The notes beneath the pieces are model-generated. The model made no database searches. It was not told the DNA's origin and was given only the letters and a program-made list of their open reading frames with translations. Shown here piece after piece: positions 33,292 through 41,045 of a stretch of DNA of 43,071 nt (its first letter is position 1; every line of letters begins with the position of its first letter). This DNA comes from a virus. A program made the position numbers and the translations under genes. The DNA lies in the IMG/VR virus record IMGVR_UViG_3300017446_000007, positions 1 to 43,071 of that record; one strand, given 5' to 3'.

Positions 33292-33564
33292 TCAGAGCAT
33301 CCCAAGGGCCTGCATGTAGACCTCCAGAATGGATTGCTCCTCTTGGTACTCCTCGCGCTTCTTCTTGCGGATCGCGAGGATCTTCCGGATCGCCTTGGCA
33401 TCATAGCCCCGGCTTTTCGCCTCGCTCATGACATCCTTGATGTCGTCTGCGATGCCCTTCTTCTCTTCCTCCAAACGCTCCGCGCGCTCGATCAGAAGCC
33501 GCAGCTCGTCTTCCGCAATGCGACCACCACCCATGCCTTCTCCGCGAGTTTCAGTATCGGTCAT
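33292..33564 (-). CDS. GapR-like DUF2312 DNA-binding protein
   Basis: 90 aa from ATG 33564 after AGGAGA. LRLLIERAERLEEEKKGIADDIKDVMSEAKSRGYDAKAIRKILAIRKK...LEVYMQALGML. Confidence 0.85.
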   Translation of the reverse strand: MTDTETRGEGMGGGRIAEDELRLLIERAERLEEEKKGIADDIKDVMSEAKSRGYDAKAIRKILAIRKKKREEYQEEQSILEVYMQALGML

Positions 33565-33677
33565 TTCTTGTCTCCTGAAGGGATGCTGATGACGGGGTGA
33601 AAGCCCAAAACAATGACGCGATCGTTCTGGATGAAAGGCCGAAGGTGCACGGGCGTTTCCAAGATGATGTGGCTCAC
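33561..33677 (-). CDS. Micro-ORF, 38 aa
   Basis: Bridges a 109-nt gap, with a GTGA overlap at its start and an ATGA overlap with the GapR start. Sequence VSHIILETPVHLRPFIQNDRVIVLGFHPVISIPSGDKK. Confidence 0.3.
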   Translation of the reverse strand: MSHIILETPVHLRPFIQNDRVIVLGFHPVISIPSGDKK

Positions 33678-34018
33678 GCAGCCCTCCGCATCTTGGCAAT
33701 TTGAGCCGGCGAATAGTTGAGCAGGATCGCCGCTGTTTCGAGCTTGCATCCGCGCTGCTTGGCGGTCTTGGCGTAGAGCGCGCACATCGCCTCCTCCAGC
33801 TTGGCACTGGCTTTGGCAGCGGTGAGGGAGGGATCGGCGACGGCGCCGCGAAAGCGCGATGCAGCAAAGCGGGGATTGCTCCTGACCACCTGCGCCCGCG
33901 CTTGCCGGCACCGCGATTGCGTGATCTCGTAACCCATGCCGATCAGGGCGGCGTGAGCCTTGTTGCCGTCCATCTCGGTGACGAGCGACGTCAGCAGGCT
34001 TTTGGGAGGGGCCTTCAT
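33674..34018 (-). CDS. Hypothetical protein
   Basis: 114 aa, ATGA overlap. Confidence 0.55.
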   Translation of the reverse strand: MKAPPKSLLTSLVTEMDGNKAHAALIGMGYEITQSRCRQARAQVVRSNPRFAASRFRGAVADPSLTAAKASAKLEEAMCALYAKTAKQRGCKLETAAILLNYSPAQIAKMRRAA

Positions 34019-34173
34019 GCCGGCTCTCCCCGACGCTGAATCTGCGCGGCCCGGTTCTTGCGATAAGCTGCGATCTCAGGGCTGTTGCGCTTGGCTTCGA
34101 CCATGGCGGTCAGGATGCCGTGCGGGTCACGACGGACGGGCTTGCCGCCGAGGATGGCGCGGAGCAGGTTCAT
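34015..34173 (-). CDS. Micro-ORF, 52-aa basic protein
   Basis: ATGA overlaps at both ends. Sequence MNLLRAILGGKPVRRDPHGILTAMVEAKRNSPEIAAYRKNRAAQIQRRGEPA. Confidence 0.4.
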   Translation of the reverse strand: MNLLRAILGGKPVRRDPHGILTAMVEAKRNSPEIAAYRKNRAAQIQRRGEPA

Positions 34174-34589
34174 GCCGCCCTCAGCGCAACGACCTTGCTA
34201 TCCAGCAGGTCACGTTCGCAGTCGGCGATCTCACGCCCGCCGGGACTGTCAGGATGATGCGCCTTGCCCTTGGCGGCGAGGTAATCGCGGGCGATCGTTT
34301 CGAACTCGTCGTGGTCGACGCCCTCCGGGACGCGAACCATCTGCAACCCCTCAGGGAGCAGCATCGAAAGCAGATCGAGCGGAAGGGCGTTGCTCGCCGC
34401 CAGCATGAACACCGCCGGCATTCCGATCGCCGAGGGCTCCTTATCCCTCTCGTTTGAGAAGTAGGAGACGATGGTTGAATAACCGATGCCGCTGTCGAAC
34501 GAGACAGCCTTCAGGCTGATGCCGCGGCGATCCATCTCTCGACGGATGACCCGCTGGCGGTCGCGCATAATCTTGGCAGTGTCGTACAT
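34170..34589 (-). CDS. HTH DNA-binding regulator (cII position)
   Basis: 139 aa. RGISLKAVSFDSGIGYSTIVSYFS helix-turn-helix. Confidence 0.6.
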   Translation of the reverse strand: MYDTAKIMRDRQRVIRREMDRRGISLKAVSFDSGIGYSTIVSYFSNERDKEPSAIGMPAVFMLAASNALPLDLLSMLLPEGLQMVRVPEGVDHDEFETIARDYLAAKGKAHHPDSPGGREIADCERDLLDSKVVALRAA

Positions 34590-34607
34590 GATCCTGCTCC
34601 GATTTTG

Positions 34608-34835
34608 TTAGACTAAGGTCGAATGATCGATGTTATTGATTTCAGCGCCTACCGAGACGCCCCGAAGCCAGTCAGGCTGCACCTCGCTCGCGTGCTGATG
34701 CTGGTCGAAGCTGCGAAGAAGCTCGGCATCGAGGATATCGACGTCGGACCATTCTTCACGGCCGGCGGCACTGGCGCAGACGAGGACGATCGCCGCGAAG
34801 CATGCAGCGCCGCCGAGGGCGGTGGCGATAATCAT
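34608..34835 (-). CDS. Small N-terminal-TM protein
   Basis: 75 aa. ATGA overlap with the cro-like gene. Confidence 0.5.
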   Translation of the reverse strand: MIIATALGGAACFAAIVLVCASAAGREEWSDVDILDAELLRSFDQHQHASEVQPDWLRGVSVGAEINNIDHSTLV

Positions 34836-35035
34836 GCCCTCACCCCGCTCTGGTCGGGGCGATAAGTGGCCATGAAGCTGCGCACTTTAGCGACAGTTCG
34901 GCGGCGGGGTTCACGATCTTGCTCGCGGACCTGACGGACGAAATGTCGATCCGACAGCGCCAGCTCACCAAACTTCCACTCGCTGAGGCCATGAGCCTGT
35001 ACGAAGGTTTCGATGTCCGATAGCAGCGTGCTCAT
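34832..35035 (-). CDS. Cro-like early repressor
   Basis: 67 aa, divergent from cI. The promoter and operator sit immediately upstream. Confidence 0.6.
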   Translation of the reverse strand: MSTLLSDIETFVQAHGLSEWKFGELALSDRHFVRQVREQDREPRRRTVAKVRSFMATYRPDQSGVRA

Positions 35036-35043
35036 GCCACGAT

Positions 35044-35135
35044 CTTATATGTGGGAAATATCCCACATGCAAGCCGGGTCGCGTGGGATATTTCGCGAGT
35101 CGTCCTTCGCACCTGCGGTGTGGGATATAGCGCGC
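35044..35135. promoter_or_regulatory. OR-like region with three operators and divergent promoters
   Basis: O1 GTGGGAAATATCCCAC 35051-35066 (palindromic). O2 35083-35098. O3 35120-35135. On the minus strand, TTGCAT (35072-35067), 17 nt, TATAAG (35049-35044), then 8 nt before cro ATG 35035. Confidence 0.7.
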
Positions 35136-35729
35136 ATGGCTGGCACGTTCGACATCAAGGCAATCCGCGACGCGATCGCGGCGGAGATGGAGCGCAAAGG
35201 CTTCAGCAAGCGGAAGCTCTCTCTTCAGGCTGGCATAGGTCAGACCGCTGTTCGCGATCTTCTTGAGCGCACGGACAACCCCGGCATCGGTACGCTCTAC
35301 AAAGTCGCTGAAGCCCTCGACATGCCCTTCGAAGCCATCAGCGGGACCGCAGCAGTACCACTTTTGGGTACGATCGGGGCTGGTGGTGCTGTTGCTTTTT
35401 TCGCGGAAGATCAACAGTATGAGACGGTGCCGCGTCCGCCTCTCGCTCCTGGTCCGCTTATGGCCCTCCGGGTTTCCGGAGAGTCCATGCTTCCGAAATA
35501 CGAACCGGGTGACGTCGTGTACGTCCGTCGCGATCACGACGGCGTGCTGCCCGAGTACATAGGCGCATACTGCGCGGTACACTTGGCGGATGGGGGCACC
35601 TACCTAAAGAAGCTGGCAGCCGGGAGCGAACCGGGCCGCTACACCCTGCTTTCCTTGAACGCTGCGGACATGCCGAACGTGGAGGTTATATGGGCCGCGC
35701 CAGTGCTGTTCATTATGCCGCGGCGCTAG
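35136..35729 (+). CDS. cI: CI-type repressor (HTH_XRE plus S24 LexA-like autopeptidase)
   Basis: 197 aa from ATG 35136. HTH KRKLSLQAGIGQTAVRDLL. Catalytic GESM...KKL. Internal AGG possible cleavage site. Confidence 0.85.
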   Translation: MAGTFDIKAIRDAIAAEMERKGFSKRKLSLQAGIGQTAVRDLLERTDNPGIGTLYKVAEALDMPFEAISGTAAVPLLGTIGAGGAVAFFAEDQQYETVPRPPLAPGPLMALRVSGESMLPKYEPGDVVYVRRDHDGVLPEYIGAYCAVHLADGGTYLKKLAAGSEPGRYTLLSLNAADMPNVEVIWAAPVLFIMPRR

Positions 35730-36052
35730 CGTTCGTAGCCGCTTCCGTTGCGCCTGCATCAGCTGCGGAATTTGCCAACGGTAATCAATTGCTCGCTGCC
35801 TGCTCGTCCGAAAATGCGAGCGAAGGTCTGCAATGCATCGCCTTCTTGGACGGCGTACTGATGGGCGCGCTGGTCATATCTGAGCGCGAAAAAACCAGCC
35901 CTCCTTTCTGCATACCGCCAACCGCCACAAACGGGCAGCTCAAGGACGTAGTGACGGCCTTTTTGCGCGATCGCCCGGCCGTTCGTCATTACGGCGGCGG
36001 GGCCTTGACGGTTGTGGCCCTGATCGACGCATTTCCCTGCGCGTCAAAATAA
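35690..36052 (+). CDS. Periplasmic Rap1a/Tai4-like (T6SS amidase-immunity-like) protein
   Basis: 120 aa. GGAGG lies 4 nt before the ATG. Signal peptide ...APASA/AEF. Pattern GNQLLAAC...LQCIAFLDGV...FCIPPTATNGQLKDVVTAFLRDRP...ALIDAFPC. Confidence 0.6.
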   Translation: MGRASAVHYAAALAFVAASVAPASAAEFANGNQLLAACSSENASEGLQCIAFLDGVLMGALVISEREKTSPPFCIPPTATNGQLKDVVTAFLRDRPAVRHYGGGALTVVALIDAFPCASK

Positions 36053-36105
36053 ATGTGAAATATCCCACGGCATGGATTGACGCCGTGTGAAATATCCCAC
36101 ATAAA
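36053..36105 (+). promoter_or_regulatory. OL-like region with two operators overlapping a PL-like promoter
   Basis: Operators ATGTGAAATATCCCAC 36053-36068 and GTGTGAAATATCCCAC 36085-36100. TTGACG 36077-36082, 17 nt, CATAAA 36100-36105. Confidence 0.65.
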
Positions 36106-36143
36106 GCTCCCATACCGGCGATCACCGCCGACAGGGAGCCGAC

Positions 36144-36407
36144 ATGGTCAATCTCAGCAAGTCGAACGCTCAGGGCATCAAGACCGCCCGCCAGCACCTG
36201 ATGCTCGGCAATGCCGGTGCCTACACCCGCTCGATGGCCGGTCTGCACCGCGCCGCTTCCGCCGCTCAGCAGTCGCTGATCTGGTCGGAGGTGCTGCGCG
36301 ACGAGATGCAGCACCATTTCACCCGCATTCACGACGGCAAGACGCTGCTGACGATCGAGCCGGCCCGTGAGGACGACGACCTCGTGCTGGTGGAGATGGC
36401 GGCATGA
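36144..36407 (+). CDS. Hypothetical early protein
   Basis: 87 aa. GGGAG upstream. First gene after the PL-like promoter. Confidence 0.6.
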   Translation: MVNLSKSNAQGIKTARQHLMLGNAGAYTRSMAGLHRAASAAQQSLIWSEVLRDEMQHHFTRIHDGKTLLTIEPAREDDDLVLVEMAA

Positions 36408-36658
36408 GCGCCCTCACTGAACAGCTTGATGCGTTGCTCGCCGAACACGGTTTGAGCAGCATCACCCTTACCCGCATCGCGCGAGCCAACGGCGACGGTT
36501 GCTTCTGGTCTATCAACGCGCAGGACAATGGTCAGATCGGCGGCAACGGTCTGCGCGGCGGCGACAATCCGGCAGCGGAAATCGCTGTCGCTATCGAAGA
36601 GCTGAACGCCAAGCGTCACGCGCCGGTCGTTGTGCCTGAGCTGGAGCAGGTGGCATGA
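36404..36658 (+). CDS. Hypothetical early protein
   Basis: 84 aa, ATGA overlap. Confidence 0.6.
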   Translation: MSALTEQLDALLAEHGLSSITLTRIARANGDGCFWSINAQDNGQIGGNGLRGGDNPAAEIAVAIEELNAKRHAPVVVPELEQVA

Positions 36659-37089
36659 GCGCGCGTTGTGGCATGCCGCCTGCCGGTTGGACCTGCATGC
36701 GCAGCGCGGGACACGAAGGCCCGTGTGCCGCTATCTCGTCCGCTGACAACTTGACGCCGCTTTTAGACAAGCTCGAACGGCTTCTCTCCAAAGCGACACC
36801 TGGACCGTGGGAAAGCGACAGTGAGCGGAACGAGGACGGCGCTTACGGCTCCGGCCCTGACCACGGCACCGGCTACGACGATTTCCTGATCGGTGCCAAC
36901 GTTCGTGGAAAGTGGGCGACGCTTCTTACCAGTGAGAACGCTACCGAAAAGCTGATCGATGAGGATCACGACGAAGACTATCATCGCGCGTGGGATAGCG
37001 TCGGGGAAGCCAACGTCGCGCTGGTCGTAGAGGCCGTCAATGCGCTCCCCATCCTTCTGGCAGCGCTGCGCACACAGGTGCAGGCATGA
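36655..37089 (+). CDS. Ead/Ea22-like protein
   Basis: 144 aa. ATPGPW...NVALVVEAVNALPILLAAL pattern. Confidence 0.55.
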   Translation: MSARCGMPPAGWTCMRSAGHEGPCAAISSADNLTPLLDKLERLLSKATPGPWESDSERNEDGAYGSGPDHGTGYDDFLIGANVRGKWATLLTSENATEKLIDEDHDEDYHRAWDSVGEANVALVVEAVNALPILLAALRTQVQA

Positions 37090-37319
37090 ACGCCTACACC
37101 CCCATGCTCAGCGCCGACATCGCCCGCACGGTCGATGCGCTCGGAGAGCGACAGGCGGCGGCGATCGCGCGCTTTGGCCTGAACGGCCCGAACCAACCGC
37201 TGACCCGCGTCGAGTGCGCCCGCCTCGCTGACGGCAGCGCCACCCGCATTAGCGCGCTGTTCTCCGCAACCGACGAGCAGGTCGCCGACCGGCTGTACCA
37301 GATGTTCGGGGGCCGCTGA
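37086..37319 (+). CDS. Hypothetical early protein
   Basis: 77 aa, ATGA overlap. Confidence 0.55.
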   Translation: MNAYTPMLSADIARTVDALGERQAAAIARFGLNGPNQPLTRVECARLADGSATRISALFSATDEQVADRLYQMFGGR

Positions 37320-37320
37320 G

Positions 37321-37770
37321 ATGGGTATCATCCTCACCGGAGCCGAGGCAGTCAGCGCGTATAGCAGCCGCTGGCCTGCCTTCCTCCCGTTGGCGTTGTC
37401 GGATCGCACCGCGCCTGACGCCGCTCAGCGTCTGGAACAGGCAAGCCGCTGGACGGATACCGCCGCCCCGCTGCTCGCCGCATACCTCGCCATCTACGAC
37501 GCCCACGATCGCGCCTACAGCACCGAGCATCAGGCAAGCCGTGACGTGCTGCTGCGCATGTACGCTGGCAACCTGTCGGACCTGCACGACGAGATTGAGG
37601 CGGTTCGCGACGAGGCGCTATCGGAGGCGGGTGTGACCGCGCACCACGTTCTCGATACGCCGGAAGCCATCGAGATCGCCGACGCGACCAACGACTGGCT
37701 GGCGGACGAGGTGGTATCGGTCAGGGATGCGATCGACGCTGCTTTCCGTCAGCGGAGCCGAGCGCTGTGA
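37321..37770 (+). CDS. Hypothetical early protein
   Basis: 149-aa ORF. Confidence 0.6.
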   Translation: MGIILTGAEAVSAYSSRWPAFLPLALSDRTAPDAAQRLEQASRWTDTAAPLLAAYLAIYDAHDRAYSTEHQASRDVLLRMYAGNLSDLHDEIEAVRDEALSEAGVTAHHVLDTPEAIEIADATNDWLADEVVSVRDAIDAAFRQRSRAL

Positions 37771-38018
37771 CCCCCGTCCACGTCACCCACCACGCAGCGC
37801 TTCGCTATGTCGAGCGGGTCAACGCCAAGCTGACGATCGAGGAAGCCGCCGAGGCAATTCGCGGTCACGCCAGCGCGATTGAGGCCGCGGCGAAGTTCCG
37901 GTGCTGCACCGTCATCATGGGCGAGGGCGGCAAGCTGCTGCTGGCCGGCACGCGGGTCGTGACGGTGTTGCCCCGATCGTCGCGGTACATGCCGCGCGGG
38001 CTGGAGGCACTGCTGTGA
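37767..38018 (+). CDS. Hypothetical early protein
   Basis: 83 aa. GTG start in a GTGA overlap. Confidence 0.5.
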   Translation: MTPVHVTHHAALRYVERVNAKLTIEEAAEAIRGHASAIEAAAKFRCCTVIMGEGGKLLLAGTRVVTVLPRSSRYMPRGLEALL

Positions 38019-38143
38019 CCGAAGCTCTCGCCGCAACCCTCATGCTGTGCCTGCTTACCAGCGCACTCTGGGTCACTCTCCCCATCATTGCTGACGGTAT
38101 CGTTGCTGCTGTCGGCGTACTGTTCCCGAGGAAGGGTCTGTAA
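38015..38143 (+). CDS. Micro-ORF, 42-aa single-TM peptide
   Basis: GTG lies 7 nt after GGAGG (38003-38007). GTGA overlap upstream and TAATG junction downstream. Confidence 0.45.
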   Translation: MTEALAATLMLCLLTSALWVTLPIIADGIVAAVGVLFPRKGL

Positions 38144-38892
38144 TGAACGCTGTGACAAAGACCGAAGCCGCTGGTGAAGTTCAGGACTTCAATGGCGGGC
38201 TGCTGTCCGTGATCGAGCGCGCCGCACGCGACCCAAACATTGATGTTGACAAGATGGAGCGGCTGTTCGCGCTGCAAGAGCGTGTCCAGGAGCGCGCCGC
38301 CAAACAGGCGTTTGTCGAAGCCAAGGTCGCGATGCGGGCTGAATTGCCCGAAATCACCATGAAGGGCTCCATCCGCATCGTCAAAGACAGCAAGCTGATC
38401 CAAGAGACGCCGTTCGCGCGGTTCGAGGATATCCACGAGGCTGTCACGCCAGTGCTGACAGAGTACGGCTTCGACCTGTCCTACCGCAACGGTCTGTCTC
38501 CGGACGGTAAGGTGCGCGTAACCACAATCCTGTCGCACATCGCTGGCCATCAGGAGGAAACTTCGTTCGACCTGCCGCACGATAGCAGTGGCAGTAAGAA
38601 CAGCGTGCAGGCTGTTGGCTCGTCCACCAGCTACGGCAAGCGATATGGCACGCTGTCGATCCTCAACATCAAGGTGTCCGGCGAGGATGACGACGCCAAC
38701 AGCGCCGTGCCCGAGGCGTGCATCAGCAAAGCGCAGCGCGACCAGATCAACAGTGCCCTGGACGAGCTTGCAGCCGACAAACCAGCTTTCTGTCGCTACC
38801 TGAAGGTCGAGGCCGTCGCCGACATTCTTGCCCGCGACTTTGACAAGGCGTGGAAGGCTGTTGAGGCCAAGCGTCGACAGGCCGCAAAGTGA
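38143..38892 (+). CDS. erf: ERF-family single-strand annealing protein
   Basis: 249 aa. QAVGSSTSYGKRYGTLSILNIKVSGEDDDA matches the ERF signature (P22 Erf-like). Confidence 0.7.
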   Translation: MNAVTKTEAAGEVQDFNGGLLSVIERAARDPNIDVDKMERLFALQERVQERAAKQAFVEAKVAMRAELPEITMKGSIRIVKDSKLIQETPFARFEDIHEAVTPVLTEYGFDLSYRNGLSPDGKVRVTTILSHIAGHQEETSFDLPHDSSGSKNSVQAVGSSTSYGKRYGTLSILNIKVSGEDDDANSAVPEACISKAQRDQINSALDELAADKPAFCRYLKVEAVADILARDFDKAWKAVEAKRRQAAK

Positions 38893-39497
38893 TGGAGATC
38901 GTCACCTGTGAGCAGGGCACGCCTGAATGGCTGGCTGCCCGTGCTGGCATCCCCACGGCCAGCATGTTTGCCACCGTCCTCGCTAAGGGCAAGGGCGCTG
39001 AGGCCAGCAAGACGCGTTCGACCTACATGCGCAAGCTGGCTGGCGAAATCATCACTGGCGAGCCAATGGATAGCTTCAGCAACGCGCACATGGAGCGCGG
39101 CCATGTCATGGAGAGCGAGGCTCGCGACGCCTACGCCTTCCTGCACGACACTCGGCCCGAACAGATCGGCTTCATTCGCAACGGCACAAAGGGGTGCAGC
39201 CCCGATAGCCTGATCGGCGGTGCTGGCATGGTCGAGATCAAGACCAAGTTGCCCCACCTCCAGATCGAGGTGCTGGAACGCGGGACGCTGCCCCCGGAAC
39301 ACAAGGCGCAATGCCAAGGCGCGCTGTGGGTAGCCGAGCGCGAGTGGATCGATTTCGTATCCTACTGGCCTAAGATGCCGCTGTTTGTGTGCCGGGTCAC
39401 TCGGGACGAGGAATACATTGCCACTCTGTCGGATGCAGTCGACGCTTTTAACGATGAGCTGGCCATGCTGGTCGACCGAGTGAGGGCTTACGCATGA
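38889..39497 (+). CDS. YqaJ/lambda-exonuclease-like recombination exonuclease
   Basis: 202 aa. QGTPEWLAARAGIPTAS...MVEIK PD-(D/E)xK pattern. Confidence 0.8.
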   Translation: MMEIVTCEQGTPEWLAARAGIPTASMFATVLAKGKGAEASKTRSTYMRKLAGEIITGEPMDSFSNAHMERGHVMESEARDAYAFLHDTRPEQIGFIRNGTKGCSPDSLIGGAGMVEIKTKLPHLQIEVLERGTLPPEHKAQCQGALWVAEREWIDFVSYWPKMPLFVCRVTRDEEYIATLSDAVDAFNDELAMLVDRVRAYA

Positions 39498-39661
39498 CGC
39501 TCAGCCAACACCCCCGCGCTATCCGCCGTCGCGAGCTTTACGCAGCCGACCCGCTGTATCGGCTTTCCGCGCTCAAGGCACTGTGGGAGGCGCGTGAGAC
39601 GATGCGCCGCGCCGGCCTGCGCAATCGCCGGGTCGACGGCGCTCGCGAGTGGAGGCCCTGA
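39494..39661 (+). CDS. Micro-ORF, 55-aa basic protein
   Basis: ATGA overlap upstream. Its TGA shares one nt with the next ATG. Confidence 0.4.
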   Translation: MTLSQHPRAIRRRELYAADPLYRLSALKALWEARETMRRAGLRNRRVDGAREWRP

Positions 39662-40008
39662 TGCTCCCCGCTCGCCTCGCCAAACCACAAAAGCGCGCCA
39701 CTCGCTGGCGGTCGCAGGCTCATTGCTCATTCGTCCGCGGCTTTGCGTGCAGCATGTGTGGGGCGACGGCTCCGATCGAGGTGGCGCATGTCCGCCTCGG
39801 CTCGGGCGCTGGCATGGGGCAGAAGCCTGACGACTGGCGCACGGTCAGTTTGTGCGGCGGTGTGGACGGCTGCCACGCTCGCCAGCATCGCGTCGGCGAG
39901 GCGACGTTCTGGCGCGGAAAGAACGTCGAGGCGCTTATTGCCGCGTTCATTGAGGCGAGCCCCCGAAAGCAGCAGATCAAGATGGCACAGCGGGAGCGCG
40001 GGCTATGA
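39661..40008 (+). CDS. DUF968-like Cys/His protein (HNH-related)
   Basis: 115 aa from ATG 39661, 5 nt after GGAGG. C..MCG...AHVR...KPDDW..VSLC...CH..QH pattern. Confidence 0.55.
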   Translation: MLPARLAKPQKRATRWRSQAHCSFVRGFACSMCGATAPIEVAHVRLGSGAGMGQKPDDWRTVSLCGGVDGCHARQHRVGEATFWRGKNVEALIAAFIEASPRKQQIKMAQRERGL

Positions 40009-40406
40009 ACGGCCAAACCATCATCCTCCGCGGCACCAGCCAGCGTGATTTCGCCAAGCAGTTGATCGACCGCGCGCCGGCCGATGCTGTGGTCAACATC
40101 CAAGCCGCACGCCGCACGATCGACCAGAACGCTCGCATGTGGGCAATGCTGTCGGACGTGAGCCGCTCCAAGCCGGAAGGCCGCAGCGCCACGCCCGAGG
40201 TATGGAAGGCGCTGTTCATGCACGCCTGCGGCCATGCGGTGCAGTTCGAGATCGGCTTGAACGGCCAGCCATTCCCGACCGGGTTCCGCTCCAGCGCCAT
40301 GACAAAGGCGCAGATGAGCGACCTGATCGAGACAATCTACGAGTACGGCGCGCGGTTTGACGTGCGCTGGTCTGATCCCACTATTCAGCAGGAGCGAGCA
40401 GCATGA
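40005..40406 (+). CDS. ninB: NinB/Orf recombination mediator
   Basis: 133 aa. RTIDQNARMWAMLSDVS...EVWKALF...RWSDP closely parallels lambda NinB. Confidence 0.8.
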   Translation: MNGQTIILRGTSQRDFAKQLIDRAPADAVVNIQAARRTIDQNARMWAMLSDVSRSKPEGRSATPEVWKALFMHACGHAVQFEIGLNGQPFPTGFRSSAMTKAQMSDLIETIYEYGARFDVRWSDPTIQQERAA

Positions 40407-40570
40407 GTATCGTGTCGATTTACATCCTCGCATCGACCGTCGCCCTGGCGTTTATCGCAGCTATCTGGAGCAACAACGGCGTCGCGAACATCCTGATGAA
40501 GCTGGCGCTCGTAGGCTTAGCTGTCGTCGGGGCGATCTGCTCGGCGAGTGTGTTGGGTATCGCCGCATGA
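40403..40570 (+). CDS. Micro-ORF, 55-aa two-TM peptide
   Basis: ATGA overlaps at both ends. Confidence 0.45.
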   Translation: MSIVSIYILASTVALAFIAAIWSNNGVANILMKLALVGLAVVGAICSASVLGIAA

Positions 40571-40701
40571 CCCCCGCCAAGAGCTACCGCGACCGTCTGG
40601 AGCCGCGCCCCGGCTTCCCGATCCGCCGTCCTACGATCGACGGTGAGCCTGTCGAGAAGAAGCGGACGGTGCTGGGGCTGTTCGGGAGGGGGCAGGCATG
40701 A
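40567..40701 (+). CDS. Micro-ORF, 44-aa basic peptide
   Basis: ATGA overlaps at both ends. Confidence 0.35.
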   Translation: MTPAKSYRDRLEPRPGFPIRRPTIDGEPVEKKRTVLGLFGRGQA

Positions 40702-41045
40702 CCAGCGATGTTCTGACCCGCGGCAAATCGCCGGCCGCATGGTGCGCAGCGTTCAAGGAGAAAGGGCTGATCCTTTCTGAACGCACGCTGCGCTCCCGCG
40801 CGCGCGAACTCAACGAGTGCTATATTGTCGGCGCAGCGATGCTGATCCTGCCCGAACAGATTGATCGAATATTGGAGGAAAGCGCGTGCCGCTCGAAGCA
40901 TACCCCCGCGGCAAAACCTGGTGGGCGCGGGGCAAGGTCGAATACGACGGCCTCCCTATCACCGGCTACATCCGCGAAAGCACTGGCGCATCTACAGAAG
41001 CAGGCGCGCAAGAGTGGATCCGCACACGGACGACGCTCGAATTAA
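40698..41045 (+). CDS. Excisionase-position DNA-binding-like protein
   Basis: 115 aa. The first ~60 aa look like a real protein. The last 160 nt overlap int out of frame and are low-complexity. Confidence 0.4.
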   Translation: MTSDVLTRGKSPAAWCAAFKEKGLILSERTLRSRARELNECYIVGAAMLILPEQIDRILEESACRSKHTPAAKPGGRGARSNTTASLSPATSAKALAHLQKQARKSGSAHGRRSN

